From: Callorhinchus milii
Taxonomy: Eukaryota
Length of the DNA stretch: 64,000 nt
Direction of reading: 5' to 3'
Assembly: GCF_018977255.1 (NCBI RefSeq)
Contig: NW_024704742.1
Location: 93,126,001 to 93,190,000, forward strand
Under the pieces are notes generated by a model. It saw nothing but the letters and a program-made list of their open reading frames with translations. It searched no databases and was not told the DNA's origin. The position numbers and the translations under genes were made by a program. Shown here one piece after another: positions 35,813 through 48,500 of this stretch. Within the stretch, counting starts at the first letter, position 1. Each line of letters opens with the position of its first letter.

Positions 35813-36819
35813 AGAATGCACATTTCTGCAAGAGGGTAGAATAATAAATCACACTGGCAATTGAAAACAACTGTTTTTTTTGTTGCCACTGTGTTGAAAA
35901 GTGAAACAATCCATCTTTCTCTCCACAAAACTGCTCATTGTTCTCCTTTTCTTGTTTTGCATCCTCCCCCATCCTCTTGACTACTTTCACAGTTAAAAAG
36001 GAAAACTGCCCAGTTTAAATAAATAAATGTCCACTTTAACTCCATTCACCTACAAAATACACAGTGAATACGGTAAAAAAAACTGTGAAGTGCTTCAAGG
36101 CGTTTTGATGATTATAAAGTGCTATATCAAATGCAAAGATTATTATTATTACTACCACTATACTATTATTATAATTATTATTATTACTAACCCAACCATG
36201 CATGGACTTTACATCGTTCTCATTTTGCTCAACTGAGCTTTAACAGAGTGATTCTTTAAAAAAACTATGGTATTAAATAGTAGTATTGTAGTATGTTCTG
36301 CAACATTCACCCAGAGATAGTGAATCAGTCATAATGAGCTGTACTATCAACGTCACCAATGTAAATTTCCACTGGGTGGCAGTGGTAAGTGTGGGCTGTC
36401 ACTTGTTTTTTGACTTTTTCCCCCTCTGTGATTGTAGACAGTAAGTGCAGCTGATCTTATCATCTGATTTTCCCCTTTCTTGTTTTGGACTAATGTTATC
36501 AGAGATCAAGGCAAGGCACATAACAGGCTAATCCCAACCACTACTAGGAAAACTGAACACAGCCGTACACAGAATTCTGGCTTTAAAATGAGAAGCTTTC
36601 AATGTGGTATCTCATTTTAAAATACTATCTTACACAATAGGTGGAAATGCAGGGTTCCCCAACAAAATATATAGTCTGATAGAATGCTTTACAGTATATC
36701 CTGTGAAGGACTTTGAGACGTCCTCCTGATGTGAAAGGCGCTATATCAAATGCAAGGATTAAGATTACTAAAGAGACATAAATAGAGTATTTACAGAATA
36801 AGTAAAAACACACTAAAAC

Positions 36820-37180
36820 AACAACAACTTGCATTGATATAGCGCCTTCACTCAGGATAGTGTCCTGGAGTGCTCCACAGTTGCGGAGTCTGACCTTGAG
36901 CCGGGGGAGAGGGAAGGGGGAGGTGACTGTAAGTACGATCAAAAAGGAAGGTCTTTAGCTAGGATTTCAAGGTGGGGAGGGAGGGGACAAGGCAGAGAGA
37001 TTAAGGGAGGGTGTTCCAGAGCTTCAGGGCATAATGGCTGAAAGCACAGCCACCAATGGTGGAGCAGAGGGGGCGAGAGAAGAACAGGAGGCTGGAGACA
37101 GCCGAGCGGAGGCAGCAGGTGATAGAGTGGGAGGTAAGCAAATCAGATAGGTAGGGAGGTGCAAAGGCATAAAGGGATTT
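36820..37180 (-). mobile_element. L2 LINE 3' fragment
   Basis: (AAC)n tail; translation APPYLSDLL...IGGCAFSHYALKLWNTLP. Confidence 0.75.
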
Positions 37181-38487
37181 CATGGAATACAGCATAGAGA
37201 GAAATACAGCATAGATGGAAATACAGCAAAGCACCTTTCTGGTGTGTTTTCAGCAGCAGAGAGGACAATCACAATTTCTCATTCATCAAGTTCACAATTG
37301 TTTTTGTCATTCATGTGTCTGACATATACAGAAACGTATTACCAAACTGTGAGTTCCATGCCCACTCTCAGTTTGGGTTGGACGCTCTGAAGCGTGGTGA
37401 TGGCTTTCCACGTGTCAGACACTCGGCTGACAAAAGAAAAAGTTCAGAACATTAGAGTCCTATCAAATAGCACTGATAATGTACAGGGAGGTACAGGTAA
37501 TGTAAACTGAAAGCAAAGTTCATTGACTGTTCCTTCCAAACAGCCTCTCCAGAAAAACACTGACTGCTGCCTGTGTTGCCTGCCTGGCCTCTCAGATGGG
37601 TAATGGTATGTGGCACAGCATAAATTCTTTCCATTTAGCACTCTTGCCAAGGTACCGGTGGCTCATTGTCCATCACTCCCATAGTCAGTAGAGAAGCCTG
37701 CTTGTTGTGTCAAGTAGACAATGTTGTTCAGCAGAACTGATAAACGGACGAGAAAATACCATGAAATATCTGCACTTATTTTTGTATTTTCCTGACCATT
37801 TCCATATAATTCCTTTTAGGGGCTAATTAACATGACATCAGCGAAAACAACCTACTGAATTCTGACAGCACCTTCAATCATCTTCCGCCTAACCACCACA
37901 GCCATTCTCCACCCAGCTTAGGCTCCCACCTCGCCTCCGTAAAACTGTCTGATACATGCTCCAATGCAAAAGGCTCTACATGTGTAAATTGTTGTTGTTG
38001 TCGCGGGCCAATGAGCTTGGAGGGCAAGTGGTCCAGGAATGCTACCTTGCATGAAGGGCGCTATATAAACGCAAGTTGTTATTGTTGTAGTTTGGGCTGA
38101 GTTTGGTAGCCTGGGTTCTACCAGTCATGATTTATGGCATTGTCCTGACCATGAGGGAGGATTTTTTTCAAAGTGTTGCTGTACTCACTTTTGAATTAAT
38201 TTACTTTAAAGCTGCAGAGAATGCCCCTTTGCAAGTACTGTAGTAATTGACATTTCTATTGTGCTAAAGTATAGATTACACTGTTTTGATCTACAGCATA
38301 ATAAAAGATTTGTTGCAATTAACAATCTTTATCAAAAGGCAACAGTTAAAGTTTCAGCAAAAGCGTTCCATGCAAAATACCATGTTCGCTGTATATTTCC
38401 CATTCAGCATGTTATTGTTTCTCCTGGCTGCTCTATCATCATCATCATCATCATCATCAGTGCCTGTCAGGTTTCATTTCATCTGTG

Positions 38488-38800
38488 GAGTCCTGTAGCT
38501 CAGTGGTTAGAGCACTCGCTTTGCAAGTGAGAGACCTGAGTTCAATTCCAGGCAAGGCAAAACCTTGGGCAAGTTTCCTGACTCCACACACCTAATAATA
38601 ATCCCTCCAAAACCCAAAACAATAATAAATTGGTCATTTTCAATCTACGGCTGTTTGTGGGACATTGCTGTGCGCAATTGGCTGCCGCGTTCGCCCACAA
38701 ATATAGTCAATTCACTTTACAGTGTGTTCTGTGAAGCGCTTTGGGACGTCCTCCCGACGTGAAAAGCGCTATATCAAATGCAAGGATTATTATTATTAAT
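38488..38800 (+). mobile_element. Full-length tRNA-derived SINE
   Basis: A box TAGCTCAGTGG, B box GTTCAATTCC, tail GCGCTTTGGGACGTCCTCCCGACGTGAAAAGCGCTATATCAAATGCAAGG(ATT)n. Confidence 0.9.
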
Positions 38801-38804
38801 ATTC

Positions 38805-39030
38805 ATCTGGCTCAGTTAGTAGAATTTTCACTTCTGAGTCAGAAGGTTGTGGGTTCAAGCCCCGCATTGGAACTCGAAACTTGCACCATCTAAGATGCCA
38901 CTAGGTGCAATGCTGGGGAAGTGCTGCATTGTCAGAGGTGCTGACTTTCAGATCTAATGTTATACTGAGGTTCTATCTGTCTGTCGAGGTAGATGTTAAA
39001 GATCCCAGGGCACTATTCAAAAAAAGAAGG
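38805..39030 (+). mobile_element. DeuSINE
   Basis: CTGAGTCAGAAGGTTGTGGGTTCAAG head and Deu core ...GATGTTAAAGATCCCAGGGCACTATT. Confidence 0.75.
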
Positions 39031-39039
39031 GATGTTCTG

Positions 39040-39480
39040 CCATTCAATTAGATAGTGTCATCTGCAAACTTGGATATAAAACTTTCTATTCCTTCATCCA
39101 AGTCATTTATATATATATATGGCGAAAAGCTGAGTTCCCAGTACAGACTCCTGTGGGACACCATTTGTCACGTCCTGTCAATCAGAGAATGTTCTTTTTA
39201 TCCCTACTCTCTGTTTCCTGTCTCCCAACCAATCACCAAGCCACGTCACAAGGTTACCTCCGACTCCATGCGCTTCTATTTTCGCTAATAATCTTTTGTG
39301 CAGAACCTTTTTCAAATGCCTTCTGAAAGCCTATATATAACTGCCATCCATAGACTCTCTCTTATCTACCATTTCAGTGACCACCTCAAAAAATTCAACT
39401 AGATTAGTCAGACATGACCTACCCTTCACAAATGCCTTATCCATGCTGACTCTCTTTGGCTAGCTCATACCTGCCCAATA
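39040..39480 (-). mobile_element. CR1 LINE RT fragment
   Basis: FVKGRSCLTNLVEFFEVVT, GVPQESVLG and FADDT remnants on the minus strand. Confidence 0.8.
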
Positions 39481-40099
39481 CGTTTAGGAAAAGATATTTT
39501 TCAAGACTTTACACTGGGCCCAAGTGTCCGACCTTCTCCCGATGTCCTGGCCAACAATCTCCCAATTGTCATTCACTTTATGGCTGTTTGTGGCACGTTA
39601 CTGTGCGCAACATGGCTGCCACTTCATCCACTAAATACACAGGCACTACACTTGATAGCATATCCTTGAAGTGCTTTGAGCTTAGGGGTTGGAATCCCAG
39701 GAATCCCGAACCCAGGATCCCACATGATAAACATTATGCCAAAGATGGATGAGACAGGTGGTAGCTATTTACATTACAACATAAGAATTGCTGGACGAAA
39801 GAAGACCAAGGTCAGTCCAGTTTGTCTTCCACCATCCTGGCGGTTGCATGCACATGTTATGTTCCAAACTATATATTACATCCCAAGAAACTATTTCCTA
39901 AAAGAATGTTACAAACATTGCATGGTCTCAAAATAGTTTCACAAATAACACCCAATTAAGGTAAAACATAATATCAAATTTTACAAACCAATGATCTTTT
40001 TCTTTAAACCTCTATTTATTAATCCTGAAGTAAAGGAGATGGGTAGAAGAGAACCAGTAGCTTGTGAAGAAGTGCCACAAAGTGGATTGATTCACTTAC

Positions 40100-40187
40100 T
40101 GGTACTTGGGGTGGAGAGTCTGTTCTGGCGCTGCTCAGGAGTTCTGTCAATTCATATCTCACCTTTGGGATCTTTGTAGGCGAAAAC
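40100..40187 (-). CDS. Kelch/coiled-coil gene exon
   Basis: Acceptor TCTTTTCCTAAAG, donor CCA|GTAAGT; (R)FSPTKIPKVRYELTELLSSARTDSPPQVP; 88 nt, phase 2 to 0; only this frame is open. Confidence 0.85.
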
Positions 40188-41309
40188 CTTTAGGAAAAGA
40201 TATTTTTCAGGAGTTTAATTACATTGGCCCAACGAATTGCTCCTTCTCAAACACCCATGAAGATAATACCATATAAAGGCATCTCAAGCCCACACAATAA
40301 CAGGCCAGTTATTTAAGTCTATTATAAGCAGGCATGTCTAACATCAAAACGCTTTAAGCTAGACTAATTCAAAAGTTGCAGAGAAGCTGAGGTCAGGCTG
40401 ATTTTTCCCTGCTCTAATCCAGGTAATGTCTTAACTGCTGCCCCAATTGAGATCAGGCAGCTCACCCCAGATTAAGATACAATACTGCCTCCCTTCTATT
40501 AGTGTGGCTGAGTGCTCACCAACCAGTGCTTTTACACAACCAAGCCACCCAAAGAGCTTCTTTTAAATTTCCAAAGGCCTTAACAACCTGATGATGATCA
40601 AGTCATAAAATCTCCAGTTTAACTACGTAAACAGCACCAGAAGTACACCTCCACAGTTAAGAGGAGTAATTTTTTTAATTTTCATGGAACTTGTGAGAGC
40701 CGTAGATGATGAACGAAAATAAAGCATTGTACAAACCTCGCATCTCATTTCTGTCTCCGGTGGTGGGAGGGAGGGGTGGTGTGGGGGCAACACGCTGCTC
40801 TGGAACCTCAATTATCAACGGCATCAATGGAGCATGAAAAGTGCTACAATAAGGGTTTTCTTGTGTCAGGAGTGGGGAGGGGGAATGCAAAAGCTCATAT
40901 TCCTGTCCGTTCACGTTGCCACCAAGGAGAGATGCGACACTGACGTGATGTTCCTATTTACAGATTTTGTTTTTTTAATTGCAATTAATTGGAGTTGGGT
41001 TTCCCAACAGACTGAGGTGCTGTTGTCTCTACTGGTTGTTTGTGGTTGGGAAACTGGGGGAGAAAATTGGCCCCTTAAGCTTCCTGTAGCATGAAGCCAT
41101 TTCCTCACTTGTTGCTCACAAATAATTGCAGCACACCAGTATGAAAGCATGAAGGAACACATTAAATAAGTGTCTGAAAAATTATTCAGTGGGACAAACC
41201 TATGAATCACGCTGCAGGAATCTAGCTGTTTTTTTTCTTCCTTATTGTCCCTTCCTCCGCTCTCCTGAAGGGGTTTGCTTTTATTGGGCTTTGGTTTCAT
41301 ATGTAGTTC

Positions 41310-41865
41310 TCTCCTCCTCCCCACACTGGTGTGATCCCCAATCTCATCATCTGGCACCTCATCCATCCTTCAGAAGAAATGTTAAACTGAGACACCGTCT
41401 GCCTGTTCAGGTGGATTCCATAGCGCTATTTGGAAAGAGGAGGGAGTTTCTCCCTGTGTCCTGGCATTATTCAGAAAGGGAAGGGTGAATTGCAGCAGTC
41501 AGTTTGCGCATAACAATGTACCACAAACAACCATGGAGTGAGTAACCAATTTTATTGGGGGATTGTTGGCCAGGACACCTGGAGAAATTCCCTTCTGTTT
41601 TGGAATAGTACCATGGGATCTTTAACAGGACCTCGGTTTAACATCTCATTCAAGGATTATTATTTGTTTACGAATAGTACCAAAGGATCCTTTGGGACCA
41701 AAGTTTAACATCTTAGCTGAAGGACAGCTCCTCTCTCAATGTGATGCTTCCCCCAGTACCTCACTGAAGTGTCAGCATGAACTGTGAGCTCAAGTCCTAA
41801 CATGGGGCTTGAACCCACAATCCCTGATTCAGAGGCGATAGTGGAACCAATTGAACAAAGCTGAG
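41310..41865. mobile_element. Two adjacent DeuSINE fragments in opposite orientation
   Basis: Deu core on + at 41310-41465 and on - at 41480-41865. Confidence 0.65.
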
Positions 41866-44384
41866 ACCATGAAGCAATATGTTTTCAATGAGTCGCCTTG
41901 GACACAAGATTGGTATTGAATTTGGCACACACTGGGTAATAATCCAGGGGCACTATTTGAGAACTGCTGAATGTGTATTGCAGCTGGAGCAGTGCTGAGA
42001 TAATTCCAGGCTCTCCTGCAGAAGGTCAGGGACTCCTGTGGATGGTCCTTGGGAGGAACCAAGAAGAAATTTAAGAAGTGTTCCCACATCTAGAAAACCA
42101 TGAGATTGGGGTACAGGGAGCTGCCATCCTTTGCTGTGGGTGCTTCAACACACAGTTTATCTGATCTATTGGAGTAGAGCCTAATGAAGTCGATTTGTTT
42201 TCTTTACCAACTATGATTGGCGTCAACTGCTTCCCCCGTGACACTCCGGTTCCCCACCTACCTCCCCATACACCATACTGTGGGAATTGACATAATGCAA
42301 GCTATCCAAAGCCCATGAGGAAAATAGTGTAACCTGATCACACTTAGCAGCCACAGGCAGGAACTTTCAGTTCTGATAAACAGAAGAAACACGGAATATA
42401 TGGGGACAAAATTGCCATGTTGTTATGTGTTACTTAACACATGCATGAAAATTTGTGATATGATAATTGGAACATGGGATGGTTCCCATGTGTGCCCCAT
42501 GTGCCCCCATCTCCACCACCAATTCCCTTCGCCACAGTTCCTGTGAGAAGCTGGCTGTGGTGTGAATTGAACTTCTGTCTCAAGGCTCAAGGGCACTGGA
42601 CTGCCAGTTAGTCAGATATCACATCAGCTTTACTTTGTTTTTGTTTAGTTAAACTGATATCTTGTTAACACTGGCTGGGATGGGATATCATCTTAACTAA
42701 ACAAAAACAAATGTGAAATGTGAAAGTACAAAACACTCCCAACTCTGTTGCAATTTACATGTGCACCCTTGTGCATTAATTTAACTATGTACCATAATGT
42801 TAGTTAACACATCACAATTTTCGCCTCTCTTGTTTCTTAATTTTCACCTTCTTAATTGACAAATTAAAGTGGGACCAATTGCTTCATGCTGCATTTGGAT
42901 AAATTGACTTTTCAACAATAATTGAAACAATATTTATTTCCTTCACCTTGTAGGTTGCTCTTCCTGTACATACCACAAAGGATTCTAAGCCATGAGAGAT
43001 TAAGTGACCTGCTCTTAGTCCTCTCTTCAGCTAATCACTAAGTTAGTTGGTGAAAAGCTACTAACATTTGGGTGAAATTTGCAGTTTTAGATGGTTAAAC
43101 ACCACCAGTACCACACACTCTGGGGTCCCCAAGCCTTGGCTCTTGCCAACCTGCAATTAATATTCTCTGGAATTAGGTAAGCAGGTGCATCTTTCTGGGG
43201 GAAGAGTGCTTATTGCATGCTAGATATACGTATTGCCATGTATAGGTGGCATGCATGCAACTCTGTCTGGTCTGGATACTCCTAAGGATGTTGATGGGTT
43301 TCTGCATGTGTCAGACTGTCCAAAAAACAAAAGTGAAAAGTAACTCAAGCTAACTCATGATCTGCCTTTCCTGAGGGAGAGTACCTGTCTGCTGCTCTTT
43401 TGTTTCAAAAGTCAAATGGGAAATGTGCAAGTTCAAAACACTCCCAACTGCCTGTGGTGTTGCAATGTTGCTTTAATGACTTAATTGGCAATTGGACATT
43501 GACAATGAGAAGCAAGCAAATATAAAATAATTCTTGAGAAAGTGACTGGGCAGATTGTGGAAGTGTAACGTTTAAATAAAGGAACTAGTGAATCTAGACT
43601 GTGTTCTGGATTAACAAACATTACATGGAGCAAAGTTCCTTTCACACTAAAGTAACTTATACAGAAATGTTTAAGAATTACTTGATTCCACAACAACTAG
43701 TCCATCTCTTCACTCTCATATCTTCACACCTAAAATGTCACTGAGTGGAGTGAACCAGGAACTCCAACTGTTTTTTAGTTTTTTAAAAAAATGATGCCAA
43801 ATTCTTTTTCTAATTTTCTCTCCTTTGGCATTGGCCTCTCTGCTCGCAGTCCCCATCTTCCCCTTTCTGTGAAGTAGTTCCATGGCTATGGTTGCTCTCT
43901 GGTACCCTGCACATGGCCATTGTTCATGTGTGAGCCTTTCTTGGTTAAACAGGTCAGTCTGTTTAACCAAGAATCACACTCGTGTTTGTTACCTGCACTC
44001 AGGAGTGAGACAAAAATATGTTGGCAAAGCCTTTGGCATTAACACAAATCCAGTGTCAAATATCCAGCTTTGCCTGTAATTTGTCTCTTATAAACACAGG
44101 AAACCCAGTTAATAGGTACATCTGGTCATGGAACTGAACTGAAAGCCTTGCCACTGCAATCTATAGATTGAACCACATGAATGGAATTCTGCACCAGCAT
44201 CCACCACACTATACAGAATAAACCATATGGACTAAATATTGGGTTCAGGTTGTGCTCTACCCTGTACCAATAGATAGTGTTAACACATGTGCAACCCATG
44301 ATTTTAACTTTTTAAAAGTTAACTTTTTGAGTGAGGGATTTGTGGGTTGAAACATACTGGACCAGTAATTTTGATGTCCATTGC

Positions 44385-45730
44385 GGGTAAAATTATGGAG
44401 ACTTATTAAGGATAAAATCATGGAGCACATGGACAGAAATAAAATCATAAATGATAGCCAATATGGGTTCATGAAGGGGAGGTCTTGCCTCTCTAATTTA
44501 CTGTTTTTCTTTTTCGGTGTGACAAGGGAGCTTGATAAGGATAAGGCTGTGGATGTTGTATATCTGGATTTCAGTAAGGCCTTTGATACAGTTTCTCTTG
44601 AGAAGCTGGTACTGAAAGTAAAGAAAGCGGGAATCAGTGGAGGTATAATTACAATGGATATTCAACTGGTTTACCAGAAGAACCCAGAGGGTGGTGGTAC
44701 AGGGATTGTCATCAGACTGGCAAAATGTTACTAGTGGAGTTCCATAAGGGTCTGTTTTGGGACTTCTTTTGTTTAATATTTTTATAAATGATCTGGAACT
44801 AGGAGTCACAAACACAGTGGCGAAGTTTGCAGATGACACCAAGCTATTGAAGGTGGTAGATTGCGAAACTAAACAAGATAGGTTATGGAGGATTTGAACA
44901 TAATGGGAATTGGGCAGATCGGTGGCAGATGAAATTCAATGTGGAGAAATGTAAAGTACTTCAAATGGGGACAAAAATTCCTGGAAGGGACTATTATTTG
45001 AATGGAAGGAAAACAATATGTATGGAAAATGAAAAGGACCTGGGGGTTCTGATTGACAATAAATCGAAGCTCTCCCAACAATGTTCTGTGGCAGTGAGTA
45101 AAGCAAACCAGATGTTGGGATGTATCAAAAGATTTATACAGTGGCAAGCCAAAATAGTGGGGCAATCCTACCACTGTATAAATTATTAGTGAGACCACAC
45201 TTAGAGTACTGTGTACAGTTCTAGTCGCCGTAGTACAAAAAGGATATTGGAGAAATCGAGTAGATACAGAGGAGGGCAACCAAAATGAGGGAATGGAGGG
45301 ACTGGACTATGAGGAGCGACTAAGTAAATTGGGCATGTTCACGCTGAAAAAGAGAAGATTGAGAGGAGATATGATTGCTGTCTATAAGATTCTAAAGGGG
45401 TAAAACAATATAGATCATGAAAGGCTGTTTCAACGTGTTCAGAGTAGTAAAACCAGAGGACAAGGCCTGCAATTGAAGGGGGGTAAATTCAGAACGAATC
45501 TACGCAGTGAGCGAATAGTAAACCTGTGGAACAGGCTCCCTAGGGATACGGTTGAAGCAGAAAGTGTTGATTCTTTCAAACACAGATTAGATAACTTTTA
45601 GAAAATAACATTATGATATATAGTACTTGGGTAGCTTGGGACATGTGTGCATGCGACCACCAGGAAGGTGGAAGGCGAACTAGATGGACCTTGGTATTTT
45701 TTTATTCTAGCATTTCTTATGTTCTTATGT
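44385..45730 (+). mobile_element. CR1 LINE, 5'-truncated, decayed RT
   Basis: SQYGFMKGRSCLSNLL, VYLDFSKAFDTV, FADDTKL, MKFNVEKCKVLQMG and EKDLGVLID, with a (TTCTTATG)n-type tail. Confidence 0.93.
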
Positions 45731-46229
45731 AAACCCTATGTTGGGCCTTTGAAGTCGTGACCAAGGCTAACAATCCAATGCGGTGCTAGGGGAGGACGTT
45801 AAAGATCCCATGAGACTATTTGAAAAAAGAAGGGAGTTTCTCCCAGTGTCCTGGCCAACAATTCCTCAAATAAAATTGGTTATTCACTTTGGCTGTTTGT
45901 GGGACATTGCTGTGCGCAAATTGGCTGCCGCTTTCACCGACAAAATACACAGTTTCTTCACTTTAAGTAAATCCTGTGAAGAGCTTGAGACAATCTTCCT
46001 GATGTGAAAGGCACTATACCAAATGCAAGAAAAAAAATATTTTTGGTGGATGTGATCATTTTCACCTGTGATAATATCACATGATGGAATTCTGCCACTA
46101 ACCCCACCCCAGCCCCACCCCCTTAATAACAGATCAAATAGTGTTAAACCTCAGCACACATCTTTTACCCTGTGCAGGGTTTTTCTAGGCAATGGAAGAT
46201 GTAAGACTTGCTTGATTTCTACTTTGTGC

Positions 46230-46500
46230 TCTCCCAATCCACGGAGAGCTTTTCACTCAGCGAGTTGTTCGAATTTGGAATGATCTGCCTGAAAGGGTAG
46301 TGAAGTCCGACTCGATAACAGCTTTTAAGAGATAACTGGATAGGTATCTGGGAAAGACGGGTTTGCAGGGTTATGGGGAGAAAGCTGGTGATTGGGGTTA
46401 GTGAAAGTGACTTGCTCTGTCAAAGAGCCGGCACAGACTCAATGGGCCGAATGGCCTCCTTCTGTGCCGTAACATTCTATGAATCTTCTATGAATCTATG
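46230..46500 (+). mobile_element. CR1 3' fragment
   Basis: GGGCCGAATGGCCTCCTTCTGTGCCGTAACATTCTATG end. Confidence 0.8.
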
Positions 46501-47552
46501 AAACATACATTGAGGAAATATTGAATTCCAACTGCAAAGAGTGCATGCGTCTGCGACCTTGAGACTGCTGCATCAGATTAAATGAGGCGCAGCGTGAATC
46601 TGATCAACAAACACAGTCAGCACCCAGGCAGAGCATGGAGCAGAACCAGGGCACTCTTGGTTTGACTGTGGTTAGGCTGGTGCAGCTGCACTTCCTGATG
46701 AGAATCTGGTGCTGAACTAAGCTCTGAACCTCTGTAATGATTTCCTCTCAAAATCCTGTTGTTTCTGTGTTACTCGTAATTGAATCTGCTCCTCAGTCGG
46801 GCCAATCTGACCGAAAGAGCCCTGAGACTGACTGAAACTGACAAGGCAATCGGTGGAGAGCTAACTGTGATCAGCATGAATTCTAAGCAGACTTCAAGAA
46901 ATATAAAAGACATTTCAAGACTTGAATTATGTTTGCAGAACCAGGTTGGGCGTGTTATAATTACTTGTACAGGTCTCTCTACTGCTCTGAACGAAACAAC
47001 TGGTTAACAGCCGCTATAACAGAAACTGAAGCCACAAAATACTTTTAATTGAAAACATGTATCCGTAAAATTAGTCATTTGTTTCATAGCTGTGTGCAAT
47101 TGGACTGCTGCATTCGCTTACAAATATACAGTCACTCCATTTCACAAAAATCCTGTGAAGCACTACAGGACATCCTCCTGACATGAAAGGCACTATACCA
47201 AATGCAAGGATTATTATTGTTGCCTGCAGAGCATAAGGAAGTTCTCGATTCAAGGAAGGGGAAAAGGCCTTTAAGACCAGACTTAAGGCATAAGGGGTGA
47301 GAATAGCACATAGAATGTGTGGTGGAGCGACTTAAAATGTGCAATGAATAAGTGAATTTATGATTAGTACACGGGTCTGGTTTTTTGAACCCCTCAACTG
47401 CCACCGGTCTCTATGGCCACACAAAGCATTGAATTTCCCCTTGTAGACTGTGTTATTCATTGGTCTTCATGTTCACGGGATGCTGATTTAAAGGTAAAGC
47501 GGTGTCTTACTAAACAGCAAAGTTAATATGCAATGAAATGAACGCCACCTAC

Positions 47553-47601
47553 CTATTGCTGACTTCATGGATGCCAAATTCTGAGAGAATCTCTTTCATA
47601 A
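47553..47601 (-). CDS. Kelch/coiled-coil gene exon
   Basis: Acceptor TTCTGTTTTAATTTCAG, donor TAG|GTAGGT; (I)MKEILSEFGIHEVSN(R); 49 nt, phase 1 to 2, bridging its neighbours exactly. Confidence 0.85.
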
Positions 47602-48104
47602 CTGAAATTAAAACAGAAACAATAATTCATACTCTCAGAACACATTGACCACTTTGAAAACTTGAGCATCTTAGAGGGGAAACACAGCAATAGTTAAGGT
47701 TGTGCACTTAGGCGATGATTGGCATAGCAAAGAGCAATAGGAAAGTTTGAGCAAGTACAACGAACTCCAGCACTGTTACAGCCACAAAGATGCTCTGAAT
47801 ATTATTATTCTCTAATATATAGAGTTTAGTTTGCTCTATTTTTGGAGCTTTCTCACTCGAGTGTTCCCATCGATGCTTTCAATGTCCCATCATCTCTAGG
47901 CATTATGTCACATCTTGCCATGTAACAGCTTCCTCCTAGACGGCAGGATCCCACACTAGTTACACGTGCCAAAAGCGCACGTGAGTGGATATGGGATAAG
48001 CTGTGGTGTCTAAGTTGCTGAATATCCTGCAGATACATCCTGTCTAGGTCCACACACTAAGAATGACCACTTGAGTAAGGTGCTCCTCAGTTTGAATCAG
48101 CGCT

Positions 48105-48500
48105 ATGATAATTATAATAATAATAATCCTTTCATTTGATATAGCGCCTTATCAAGTTATTTAGATGCCTCAAGAGCTTCAGAGAATATACAATGCTGTA
48201 AAGTTAATTGACTGTATATTTTGTGGGAGAAACTTGGCAGCCAATTGCGCAAAGCAGTGTCCCGCAAACAGTCGTGGATTGAGTGACCAAATTATTATTA
48301 TAGTAAAAATGTCTTTGGGAAGAATCATTATCCCCGGAAGCGATCTGCCAATCGACTAATAATTGGGTTCCTACTTGCTACTAGGTAAACAGAGGCTTGT
48401 GGCGTAAGGTAACTGGCCTAAGGTTTCGCCCTACCGGGAATCAAAACCGGAACCTCTTGCTTGCGAGGCGAGTTCTCTAACCACCAAGCTACAGGACTCC
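48105..48500 (-). mobile_element. Full-length tRNA-derived SINE
   Basis: Head GAGTCCTGTAGCTTGGTGGTTAGAGAACTCGCC on the minus strand, plus tail. Confidence 0.85.

Noticed and set aside
38488..38560. tRNA gene
   Set aside because: A and B boxes are present, but the sequence runs directly into the SINE body with no T-run terminator. It is the SINE head, as at 32480-32548 and 48430-48500.
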